Notes under the pieces: model-generated | Told to the model about the DNA's origin: nothing | Databases searched by the model: none | The model's input: only the letters and a program-made list of their open reading frames with translations | Shown: positions 36,381 through 46,990 of the stretch, piece by piece | Layout of the letters: the number at the start of each line of letters is the position of its first letter | Numbering within the stretch: position 1 is the stretch's first letter | Made by a program: the position numbers and the translations under genes | From: Chiloscyllium plagiosum | Lineage: Eukaryota | Assembly (NCBI RefSeq): GCF_004010195.1 | Contig: NC_057718.1 | Location: 44,864,143 to 44,928,142, forward strand | Direction: 5' to 3' | Length of the DNA: 64,000 bases

Positions 36381-36797
36381 GAGGTGGTTGGCTTGCCTCT
36401 CCATTTCACCACAATTCTGATTAATAGAAATAATTGAAATGAGGATCAATTTTCAGCCTTCCTTCATGTCATTCTGCTTGATGGTACTCCAATGCATTAT
36501 TCTATCCTTTTCCTAAATAATTAGATTAATAATATTAGAAAACATACATGTAAGCAGTAAATGTAGCATTTTAGCATTTCTTTTTACATATTATGATTAA
36601 CTACATCGTTTGAAAAAAGTATTTATTTTTATTAGCTGTTATAATTGATGCAAATTTATACATATATATCATTTTCATTAGCTATCAGATACAAATACGC
36701 AAATCACAACAAAAGATCAAAGTCTTTAAGGTAATATTTGACCTCCAGTGACGTTTTGTTTAGGTTAATAGTGCATCTAAAATTCACACGCAGTTAC

Positions 36798-36856
36798 CTC
36801 CGACGGTCAGTACTGTGATTACCGAGACTGTTTCTATGGTAACAATTTAAGCTGTC
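36798..36856 (-). other. Candidate 59-nt exon (or 3' part of a first exon)
   Basis: gcttttag|GACAGC...CGTCGGAG|gtaact; local CpG cluster; open as DSLNCYHRNSLGNHSTDRR. Confidence 0.28.
36830..36843. promoter_or_regulatory. RFX X-box motif
   Basis: GTTTCTATGGTAAC fits GTHNYY-AT-RRNAAC; nearby half-sites GTTACC (36793) and ATTACC (36818). Confidence 0.45.
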
Positions 36857-37521
36857 CTAAAAGCTATCAATTCTGTGCTATGTTCACTACCCATCAGTCT
36901 TGATACCACAAAGCTCTTAGAAAACATGACATTGTTACACAAACTCAGCACAGTAATTTATCTGTTACAATTTCACAACAGATATCGAACTGGACAGTTT
37001 CAAAAAGTGCAATGATTTCTTTGTGAAAATGGCAAATTTCAAAATATCTTTATTTGCAATAACTGTAGTATATTCATGTATACTTCTCCAAGTTAATGCT
37101 GTATTGACAATGTAAGTGCTTTAACATTGGTTTTGCACCTCCAACAGGTCTGTGATCTGCTAAGCTGACACATTAAGAACAGTCGCATGGGCAAAAGAAC
37201 AAAGTCCTGCAGGGGCTGATGGAACCATTCTGCAGTAGGCATTACTACAGTTTAAGGGACCTAAAGATAAAATCAGAGTAAACATAATAATAAAAGTCAT
37301 ATGAAATTATGCAATTTCAATTGTTTATATATAATTTGGCTTCTTAAGCAATTGTATTAATCAAAGACTCATTAACCTGCCAAATTATTAGATAATTCCA
37401 ACATGCATCCAGGCATTTAAACTCAACCAATGGTAGACCATCATGTTATAGTAAATTAAATCAAATGTTGCATGTGCTGCAATGTCAACAATTACCACCT
37501 TGTGTTTTGGGTGCTGTGCTG

Positions 37522-37600
37522 CCACACACACTCATAAATTTGTGGGGTGAATTTGTACTTGCAGAATTACATTTTATTTTGTTCAAAAACTGCATGAATT
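37522..37600 (+). mobile_element. Internal fragment of family A Penelope-like element
   Basis: AAATTTGTGGGGTGAATTTGTACTTGCAGAATTACATTTTATTTTG matches 12056-12101 and the reverse complement of 36101-36146. Confidence 0.85.
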
Positions 37601-37649
37601 CTCTATGCCTAATTGGGTCTAAACCTACTGAGTTCACAGTGGTGAAGGG

Positions 37650-38090
37650 AAACCACTTATGTATCTTAATGAAACTAGGCTCTTGTCTTAAACATTACAG
37701 CTTCCAGACTAGTCACTAAGTCATGAATTGAACAAATACATGTACTATTGAATGCAATTGGACCCACAGTTCATGAAGTTATAGTTCATCAAGACATTAA
37801 AGAAGACACAGATACTTCTAATGAATCTATCCAAGCTTTTGACAATTACTTTAATCTGAGAACAAATAGCATCCTTGAAACAGGAAGATTTAACAGAAGA
37901 GTGAAGCATCCAGGAAATCCGTGAAGTTTTCTTAATTAGCTCTGCAGACTAGCGGAAAAATGAGACTATGGAGCTTTGCAATCAGAATTTCTGATACAGA
38001 ATTGATGTCAGAATTACTGATGAGTCTTTGTCAGATTAAATATAGTACAAAGATTTGACTTTGGAGAAAGCCTGTCCTAGAAGCAGAAAG
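37650..38090 (+). mobile_element. Ty3/Gypsy gag remnant
   Basis: AIGPTVHEV..QAFDNYFNLRTNSILETGRFNRRV, RLAE..DYGAL, I.DESLSD, DLTLEKA are typical gag motifs; stops and frameshifts present. Confidence 0.7.
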
Positions 38091-38665
38091 GGATGTCCTG
38101 AGGAGAGAATTACAACCTTATCTCAGGAGAGCAACAAAATTCATTAGTTTATTTGGTATAAAAATTTTAAAGACATGGAATGAACAGTGTTGGCTGGAGA
38201 GCAGAGCTATGAAAGATCTGTATCTATATTTTACAACTGTTTATCTAGGAATGTCCAAATTTGTGTATTGTTTGGCTCAACTCAGCAATGACAACTCAGC
38301 CAGGCAACATTATTTCTCCTGCAATTTCTTTAAAGGATATTTTAAAAATATTCTTAATGTTGTGTTATCTGTATTCCCAAGTACATTCTTAGTTCTTCAA
38401 TATAGAAATGTCTTCAAACTTTAAATTCTGAAATATAAAAATGTTGCTTTTCAGTACTCTTCACTTGGAATGGTCTCTTTCTTTTGCAGTCAAAATGTAC
38501 ATTTCCTGCCTCCTGCAGTCAAAAAGGTTTCTGGCCTTATCACAGACAAAATGGATGGTTTCTCACCTTTCATCGCCTCATAAACAATGCACATCCTTTT
38601 CCACAACTGTCTCAAATAAAGCCTGGTGTTGCAGCCTTAATCCTTTTCTCCTTACCTGACCACCA

Positions 38666-38737
38666 TTTAAATTAAGCCCTCCACCTCCATTCTTATTGCG
38701 GTTTAAATTAAGCCCTCCACCTCTATTCTTATTGCAG
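38666..38737 (+). repeat. 36-bp tandem duplication (2 copies, 2 mismatches)
   Basis: TTTAAATTAAGCCCTCCACCTC(C/T)ATTCTTATTGC(G/A)G twice. Confidence 0.95.
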
Positions 38738-39519
38738 CTTCAATAATCTTATTATCTTCTTCTGTTAGACTTTGATCAGGCATTTAAACTGTCCCTTTGT
38801 CACTTTAATTCTGGCTTTGTATTGCTATCAGTGCTACAATCACAGTTAAATAATTTCTAGATCCTTGATTTTCCTGCTGTAACTGCTCCTCATGGCGTCG
38901 GCTCAATATCCCATAGTTGTGGTCTATAAGTAATCCCTTTGATCTAGCCTGCTCAGCCCGTTTGCAACATTAACGTTTTCCTCTTGCCCAACAAGGAATT
39001 TAACTTTATACAAATGTGTCCAATGCAAGTTTGTTTTACCAACTGAACCTCTGATCTGGACTACTCCTACAGATCCTCACTGCCAGTTGGAATCTGTAAC
39101 TGACAGGTGTCACCTGTTTCCAGCTGACACTTGCATTCCATGCTTCTTACCAAATCAGAAATAAAAGGTTTTACCATTGAAGGCTACTTGCTGATTTTTC
39201 CAAGAATATATTTGCAGGCTGTTAGAATCTTTTCAGGTTCTGCAGATGCAGGTTGTCTGTGTGATTAGTTCTTAAAGCTGAAACATCTTTGAAGATGTAA
39301 ATGTCCACTATTCCTCCTGTGCTTACTGTAATTGTCTGTTCTTAGGTCCACTGGATTGCTTATTGTTGTTGTGGTAGAAAATGATGCACACCACTGGCAC
39401 CATTTAGTGAAATGTCAACCACTATTCACTAATTTCCCCTTTTCTTAACAGGATCCAAGGACCTACTTGGTTAGGAGTGATACAGAACAGTGTGCCTTTA
39501 TGAGAAGAGGCTGTTATCT

Positions 39520-39660
39520 TAAACGGATAGAGGTATATAGCACAGAAACAGGCCCTTTGGCCCAACTCATCCAAGCTGACCAGATTTCCTAAACTGAATG
39601 AGTCCCATTTGCCTTTGTTTAGCCCATAATCCTCTAAACCTTTCCTATTCAAATGTTTTT
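39520..39660 (-). mobile_element. CR1 3' tail
   Basis: GCACAGAAACAGGCCCTTTGGCCCAAC..CCTCTAAACCTTTCCTATTCA. Confidence 0.85.
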
Positions 39661-39789
39661 TTTTTAAATCTGATACAGACTGGACATTGATACTGCAATC
39701 ATCCACAAACTGTCATTTATTTCAACGGTGGTCAGCTTAATTTTGGTATGGAGGCAAATGAGGTTAAATAATTTTCCAACTAGGTGATA

Positions 39790-40020
39790 TCTAATAAACT
39801 CAACAGAGGATGTCTTCACTACACTTCAGAGGGGGCTCTAGTAAAAGACCAAAGATAAAACTTACATTTTAAGAGATTTAGAACAAAGAATAGAATAGTG
39901 GAATAGGAGAAACATTTTTACAGAATTGTGAATCTATGGGAATCACCTCCAGGATTAGTGGCAACTTCAGAAAGCATTTCAACATTCATTCTTAATGAAG
40001 GGTCATGAGAAAAGAGCAGG
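39790..40020 (+). mobile_element. Old CR1 3' fragment
   Basis: GAGGATGTCTTC..AGGAGAAACATTTTTACAGAATTGTGAATCTATGG. Confidence 0.55.
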
Positions 40021-40128
40021 TTATTATGTACTTTTTTTTACGAGGATAAATACTATTGTGGAATAGTATTGTGGAACAATAAGGTTGCTTCAGTGTTGTA
40101 TATTGATGTTGGTGTTTACCTCCACGTG

Positions 40129-40279
40129 GAGAAAGTGAGGTCTGCAGATGCTGGAGATCAAAGTTGAAACTTTATTGCTGGAACAGCACAGGCCCTAGGG
40201 CCTGTGCCCGAAACGTCGAATCTCCTGTTCTCTGGATGCTGCCTGACCTGCTGTGCTGTTCCAGCAATAAAGTTTCAAC
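40129..40279. mobile_element. 151-bp fold-back family B Penelope-like insertion with a 15-bp TSD
   Basis: TSD GTTTACCTCCACGTG at 40114-40128 and 40280-40294; perfect 29-bp inverted repeat at 40163-40191 and 40251-40279; the loop holds GGGC-CTGT-GCCC-GAAACGTC. Confidence 0.92.
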
Positions 40280-40479
40280 GTTTACCTCCACGTGAATATT
40301 AATCCTAATCATTAACCCGAAGTGAACTATTTTCTCTTCACAGATACTACCTGCTGCATGAGTATTTCCAATATTTTCTAATGTTATTCCTGTATACATG
40401 TCCGGTCTGTGTCCCTTAATCCAGCTTTCCCTCCCCTCACCATACTCTTAGTTGAGCTGTTATATTCTCAGATCCTTTG

Positions 40480-41520
40480 CCGCTCCTCGCTGTAATTTAA
40501 TAATAAGAACAAAAAGTATCTAATTTCTCTTGGGGAGCCAAGTTTCTGCCGGCGCTTCTGGACAGGTCACGATGGTGCATCGGGGGACAAGTCCAAACAA
40601 GCGGCCACTCTCTGCTCCTATCGCCAACTGCGGTCCCACAGGTTGGAAGGTGTTGAAGTGAAGTTTAAGTATCAGTGTTAGAATAAATGACCCAGTACTT
40701 TCTGATAGGTTCTGTCTGTGTTTCATTACATTGATTTACAACAACTTTGCGCAATGTGAATATTTGCGTTCGGTAACCAGACGATCAATGACAACTCGGC
40801 GTTGGCATGGTGATGAACGTGACATCTAATAGAATTCCAGCCCACAGCACTTTCTAATTGGTCAAATGTCAAGCGTGCCCCACAGTAACCTGTATCTGAT
40901 TGGTTATTTCCACTGTCCATATACAATCCTGCTGTAACATGATGCCAGCAGCAGGGAAGTGTATAAATCCTTACTGTAAGAAAATAACATCAACTCAAAA
41001 GGGTAAGAGAAACGATTTTCACTTTTCAACGTGAGTTAATTTGCAAAATTTTGCTCAGTATAATGCAACATTGAGAATTGATAAAGTTCAGATGTGAAGG
41101 ATTGTTTTCACAATCAAGTTTATAACGGAGCTGCAACTTTGAAGTTCTTATAGTTTTAAAAACCTGGATTTATTCAGCATCAGCTCCTGAAATTCAGTAC
41201 TGTAAAAACATTTCCTAACAATAAATTTTATTTTGATTTATAGGTTTACCATATTACCATATCCATTAGCCGGCATTACAAAAAAACGTGGGCAAAGGGA
41301 GATTTCCTAAAATAATCTTTTAAATCACGCGAGAGTGTGTTATGTAGCATCAAGTGCATCGATGTTCTTAATTGTTGCACAGAACAGCCTCATTAATGCG
41401 CAGCACAAAACTCAGAACAGACCATCGTTTGTACCAGCTTTCTGCTAAAATGATTCAAAACTAATCCATCTCTTTCCATCCGCGTAATATCTTCCATTAC
41501 TTTACATAGCGAATTTTCCA
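40480..41520. promoter_or_regulatory. Candidate promoter (CpG-retaining, two CCAAT boxes, ETS core, TATA-like)
   Basis: About 17 CpG in 40480-40880 and another cluster at 41270-41510 in unique sequence; ATTGG at 40857 and CTGATTGGTT at 40896-40905; GGAAGTG at 40955; TATAAAT at 40962. Confidence 0.5.
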
Positions 41521-43678
41521 TAAGAGGAAGCAATGGCCTCATTTGGTTTAGCAAATGATGTTATGTTCCAGTCAAACCTCCAATATAAAGATTGTTTCTA
41601 TTATTTTTAATGACAAATTTCAATTGATGAACCCCTTAACACTGACTCCTCAAATGGAAATGTGCTGTATCTGTCTCCTCCTTCCACAATCTTGTGTCTT
41701 CATTAAGCCTTTAAGCATTCTCTTTACTGTTGGTTGAATCTTTTGAGATTATGGTCCAAATACACAAGGTCAGATTATTAGTGAATAATGTTTGGGATTG
41801 TGAACCATGGTTTCCCCTGCGGTACCACACTTCCAACCTCTCTCCAGATGGAGCAAAATTTATCCCAACTTTTATTTTTGTGTTGGTCAAGCAACTTTAT
41901 TTATCCAAGCTCTATTTTTTTCTCATTACAAGTAGTAGTGATTTTCAAGAAGGTAAGTGGACATAAACAGGTGATATTTGGTCATGCCCTATTGTTTTGA
42001 TCAGATGTAGTGAATGTCTTCTGATATGGAAATCGTGAACACTACTTCTCTTGCAAGATTTCACCAGAGAACCTCTCTGCCTCCATTTGCTTACTGGATC
42101 ACGTAGATAGCACCCTGAAATAGGCAATTTTGTTTAGGAAGCTTCAGGCCTGTAACTAATTAATCAAATCTTACCAAACAAACAAATCTATTTACATAGA
42201 TCACCTTATTTCAGAAGAGTGTCTTAGTTATAATCAGCAATCCTATCTTTTTAAAATGAAAGTTTTCTAAAAAAAAGTTTATTTTGTTTCAAGAAATAAT
42301 AGAACACCAGTGATTAATTTCTGGAGGGATGCTCATGATTGTCTCCCATCAAATTGGCCGAAAGCTTTGACTTTGAGAAGCATTCTTCGAATTTGTGCTA
42401 TCAGTTTTAACAATAATAAATAGGAAATTCAGGAAGGTACAATGTGTGATGCCAGCTTCCCACTGGTTTGTTGCTGCACTGTTAAAATGGATCAATTCTT
42501 CTATTCAAGACCCAAGAATGCTTGACTCAAAGAGAATGTAAATCTGACCATGCCACCTGTTCCTATCTCTACAGTTTCTATTCTGTTTCAAGCTGAAATA
42601 ACAATAGAAAATTACCTGTAGCTGGGGTCACCACAGCATTCCTGCAATTTAAAATTATTTTAATTTTGTTCATATTATTGAGTGCCCTTTTTTGTCAATA
42701 TTTTTATTGAGAAAAAGATTTTGAACTTTTTACAAAATTAGAAAATTACTACAAAAGAGCATAACAATCTTATACTATTAACAACAATAACAATAAACAA
42801 ACAACAACTTTACTCTACAAACAATTTAGAAGAAAAAAAACTACGCAAACTACAATTCAATAAATAACTAAATCCAACAAAACTAAATTAAACCAAATTG
42901 AACCAAGGCAAATTAAATTAAGTTACAACACTCGACGCAATCCCACCAAAGCTCCCCACCACTGGGAGCTTCAGTTGGCCTATACACATTTGTTCGGAAT
43001 TCTTTCTCCCAGGGCAGATGCAACCCTCGTGGCTACACAAAGGTCCTGAGCAATATAGCCGACAAGACTGCATCTATATAGTTCAAAAAGGGCTGCCACA
43101 TCCTATAAAAGAGTTCCATTTTCTGGTGCACCATTCTTGTAAGGAAGTCCAGGGGGATGTGCTCCATAACTAACCTATGCCACCCTGAGAGTCTTGGGGA
43201 ATTTTCCGACTTCAAGCTCATCAGGATGCTCTTCCTTGCACAAAATGACAGAATATTAAACAGTTTCTTCCCAAGTGCATCCAAAGAGGGGAGATTTGGC
43301 AAACCCAAGATGAGGGACCCCGGATCTACCTTGACCTCAGTTCCTAAGACCCCTTCCAAAACATTCGTGATCGCGCCCCAATACCTATGAAGCTTGTGGC
43401 ATGACCACAAACAATGAGTAAGAGTGCCAATATCTATTTTACATTTGGGGCAAATTGGGGGCGCTCCTGTCTTAAATTTTGCAAGCTGCTTCAGTGCCAA
43501 ATAACCCCCATGGAGTATCATCAGTTGCATAGCCTGTTTCCTATTGCAAATCAAAATCTTCCTTACGTTCTCCCACATATCCTCCCACGCCTCTGACGAG
43601 ATCTCCAGCCCCCATCTTGAGTCCAGATTCTGCACAGTCAATCAATGTCCTTCAAAACACTACCTCCTAATAAATGAT

Positions 43679-43795
43679 TTGGAAATGCCGGTGTTGGACT
43701 GGGGTGTACAAAGTTAAAAATCACACAACACCAGGTTATAGTCCAACAGGTTTAATTGGAAGCACACTAGCTTTCGGAGCGACGCTCCTTTATCA
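43679..43795 (-). mobile_element. Family A Penelope-like terminal repeat with a 13-bp TSD, inside L1
   Basis: TSD CCTAATAAATGAT at 43666-43678 and 43796-43808; minus strand TGATAA-A-GGAGC-GTC-GCTCC-GAAAGCTAGTG. Confidence 0.92.
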
Positions 43796-44547
43796 CCTAA
43801 TAAATGATAGAGGGTGCGAACTGAGAGAGTACTGGTGGACTGAAGTACACTCCTCTCCACTTCCGACTTAGAGGGACTAACCGTTATTAATGTAGTAATT
43901 TTCTGTATAAAGTCCATAATCTGAAAATAAAGAAAGACATCCCTCCTAGATAGTACATCTTTCTGGCTCAACTGCTCAAATGACATCATGACCTCCCCGT
44001 CAAATAAATCTCCCATTATGGAGACTCCTCTAAACTCCCAGAATCCATCGATCCTGGCTGGAATCCTAACATTCCTACTATGGAAGTAAAAGGGGACATT
44101 TTTCGTGAATTGCCCTCACCTTGTTGCATTATTGTCATGCTTTAACCATGTTGAGGACAATCGGATTTCTGCAATGGTCCATAACAGTCCTCATCTTGTC
44201 CATAAACAACAAATTAATGAGGGGGCATTTTGCCTGGGAGGTCTTGATGTCCAGCCAAATTGACCGCAGGTCCTGACAAGCCCAATCAGCCAATAGGATA
44301 ATCGGGAACTTAATTGGTATTTCTTAAAATCTGGAAAATCCACACTCCCCCCATTCCCTGCAGAAGCTGCAATTTGGCGAGCTTAATAAGAGGCCACTAT
44401 GATGCCAGATAAAAGAGACAAGACAACTGTGAAGCTTCCGTAGCGCTTGCCAAGGCAGCATCAAAGGGAGCATTGGCATGGGATATAAAAAAACGAGGAA
44501 GAGCATTCATTGAGCAGAGCTTTTCTACCCAACCATGATATCGGAAG

Positions 44548-45291
44548 ACCCTTAGCTTCCTTTTTACCTCATCAATGGCCTTCCTCTTATGGATCACAGC
44601 TGCAGAAAAGTCTTGGAAAAACATAATTCTTGATCCTTTGTATGTCAGAGCCTGTGGATCCTTCCCCAGTGCTCTAGAAGCTTCCAGCACCATTTGTTTA
44701 TCTCTATAGTGCTAGGACCGGTCAAACTAGGATTGGTCTGGGGCGCTGGTCCAATTCGGGCCTGTGCACTGTGACCCGGTGGGCCCGCTCAACCCGCACC
44801 CGGCCCACCCCGACTTTCAGCTTCAAAAACTGCGGGAGCCATTGCTCCAGAAGCTAACCTTCCTCCTCCCGTTCCGGCAGTCTGATCAAGCGGATGCTGT
44901 TCCAACTGTCTCAATTTTCGAGATCGTCGACCTGCTCTACTAAGGCCCATATCTGCCGTTCCAGGGCCTGGACCTGACTCACCAAGGATTGTGCCGCGGT
45001 TTCAGAAGCCACGGTCTGCTGCTCCACCTCCACGACGCCCTGCCCAAGACGCAGGATCTCCTGGTCATGCTTCTGCAGCATGGCGTAAATCAGTTCCAGC
45101 CCGGTCTGGGTCTCCTCCATCACTGAATCAATCTTCTCTTGGGGTTTCACGAATTCTGAGACCAGGCTGGGCTCCACAGGTAAGTCCCCTGGGGCGTTTG
45201 TGGAGGCCAACGCTGTGGCCGCTGACGTATCTGTTGCAACAGGGGAGTGCCCTGCTTGGTGCAATCCTTGCTGTCCTTTTCCCTCAGTCAT
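44548..45291 (-). pseudogene. L1 ORF1p remnant (coiled coil, RRM and CTD)
   Basis: VQALERQIWALVEQVDDLEN*..NSIRLI.LPE and YKGSRIMFFQDFSAAVIHKRKAIDEVKRKLR. Confidence 0.85.
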
Positions 45292-46404
45292 TTTTCTTAA
45301 TCAATTACACTAACATTTGGCAATTCTGGGGGTCAAAAACCAATGAGTTTTACCACAATGGGTGAGAAAGGGAGGGTGAATCACCACTTTGTCTAGGTTC
45401 TGATGCAGAGCTCAGCAAGGCAGACCAATTGAATCGTCGCCAGCTTGGATCTCTCCATTGAATGCTCTTTTAGATAGCTAAGCATTCATTCAAAAATTAT
45501 CATTATTTCATTTTGCATGACTGAATTGATTGGGTACTTTATTTATGTCATTTTTTAGCCCTTTCCAGGAAAGCAGCTCCTTTTCACTTTTGGGAATATC
45601 TTTCATCCTGACTTCACTGACAAGTTCTAGAAAAATAAACATTGAGAGATAGTCAAGATTGATAGTCAAGAAACAAAGACAACAAAGAATTTTCTTATTT
45701 CATTTCAACTTTCAGAGCAGATTTCAAATGTTCTTACCATGTTAAGCATAATGAATGAGTTGTCAAATTTGGATGTAGTATAATCAATTATTGTGATGAT
45801 GTAAAATAAAATTACAGTATTGTGACCTGACTGACAATTGTTTTTCTATAAACTCTGCTGAGTTCCAGGTGTAAGGCCTTTAATAACATTTTTTGAGGCT
45901 TTCATGAGCCTGCTGTTCTATGAATAATGGCTGTACAGTTCTCCACTTTTTATCTACCACTGTTTATTTATACATAAATTACCAGTGGCATCACATAAAT
46001 AAATTATTTCTTTCAATGAAATATGCTGCCTAATAGTTGCACCTACCAATGTTCATTCAACTTCACCATGTTGTTGGACTAAATCTCTGAAGATTGCCTC
46101 CAATGATAATCAGCAAAAACAATTATATTCCAAAGCATCAGTACATATAGATAAGGAAATTAAATGATATATGTTGAAGCTGAATATACTTCACAGTGAT
46201 GATGATGTATTTGCTCTTGAAAAAGCTGGATATTTTGATTAAAAAAGGAAGATCGCCCACATTTACATGTTCATTATTACCAGAACATTTCAACCCAGTT
46301 CTGTCAACATGATTCTAAAATAGAATCTCAAAATTTTAATAAAATGTATTGCAAGATTTTTTGCTGACTAGCATTGAATTGAAGATGAGTGCTCATTATA
46401 ATAC

Positions 46405-46575
46405 AATCGTAGAATACAAGAGGAGACTATTGAGCCCATCATACCTTTGCTAACTCTTTGAACATGCTTTTCAATTAATGCTACTGTTGTGCTTTTTCCC
46501 TATCTCATGCAAATAATTCTATGATCTGTCCAATTCCCCCTTAAGGGTCCTGTTGAATCTGATTCCATCACTGTT
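46405..46575 (-). mobile_element. Old CR1 3' tail
   Basis: AGAGGAGACTATTGAGCCCATC..TCCAATTCCCCCTT..TTGAATCTGATTCCATCA. Confidence 0.6.
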
Positions 46576-46699
46576 ATGTCCCCTTTTATTTGTTTTGTAT
46601 CTCGTAATAACCATCTGTAGAAATGCAATGATTGTTTAACAATCTTCCTCCCATCTTCAAATCTTTATTAGCTTGTGACCTAACTGTTTCCATGCTGCT

Positions 46700-46990
46700 A
46701 TGGACTGTATCACATCTTCCAAACTCCATAGACTTCAGCTGATTGAAACCTCTGCTGTCCAGTTCCTAATTTGCACCAAGTCCCATTATCTCTGTGCTTT
46801 TTGACTTATGGCTTCTCATTCAAGATCTTTGACGTTGTCAGTTTTGTTTTCAAATCCCTCCATGACGTCATCTTACTATAATCTCCTCAAATCCTGCCAC
46901 CTTTATATCCACCACAAATTCCAACCTTTTGCATATCCTTCAATTTATTTACTCCACTATTGAAGGTTGTGTCTTTGGTTGTCAAGGGTG
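46700..46990 (+). mobile_element. Old L2-like 3' fragment
   Basis: CTTCAGCTGATTGAAACCTCTGCTG..GCACCAAGTCCC..TTTTCAAATCCCTCCATG resembles L2 LQLIQNSAA..TK...FKSLHG. Confidence 0.55.

Larger units (their letters stand above)
42692..45456 (-). mobile_element. L1-clade LINE with intact 5' and 3' ends and a TSD, internally deleted (no endonuclease or RT core)
   Basis: TSD ATTGA(G/A)TGC(C/T)CTTTT at 42677-42691 and 45457-45471; 5' GGAGAGATCCAAGCTGGCG; ORF1 motifs; ORF2 tail LPISWLGR..MNALPR and CPKCKIDIGTLTHCLWSC; AATAAA and a short A tail. Confidence 0.92.

Noticed and set aside
38666..38737. 36-bp repeat as a CRISPR-like or functional array
   Set aside because: Only two directly adjacent copies with no spacer; a simple slippage duplication.
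40800..40905. MHC-type S-X-Y promoter module
   Set aside because: The X-like and Y boxes are not at the conserved spacing of about 20 bp, the X match is poor, and no MHC exons are visible.
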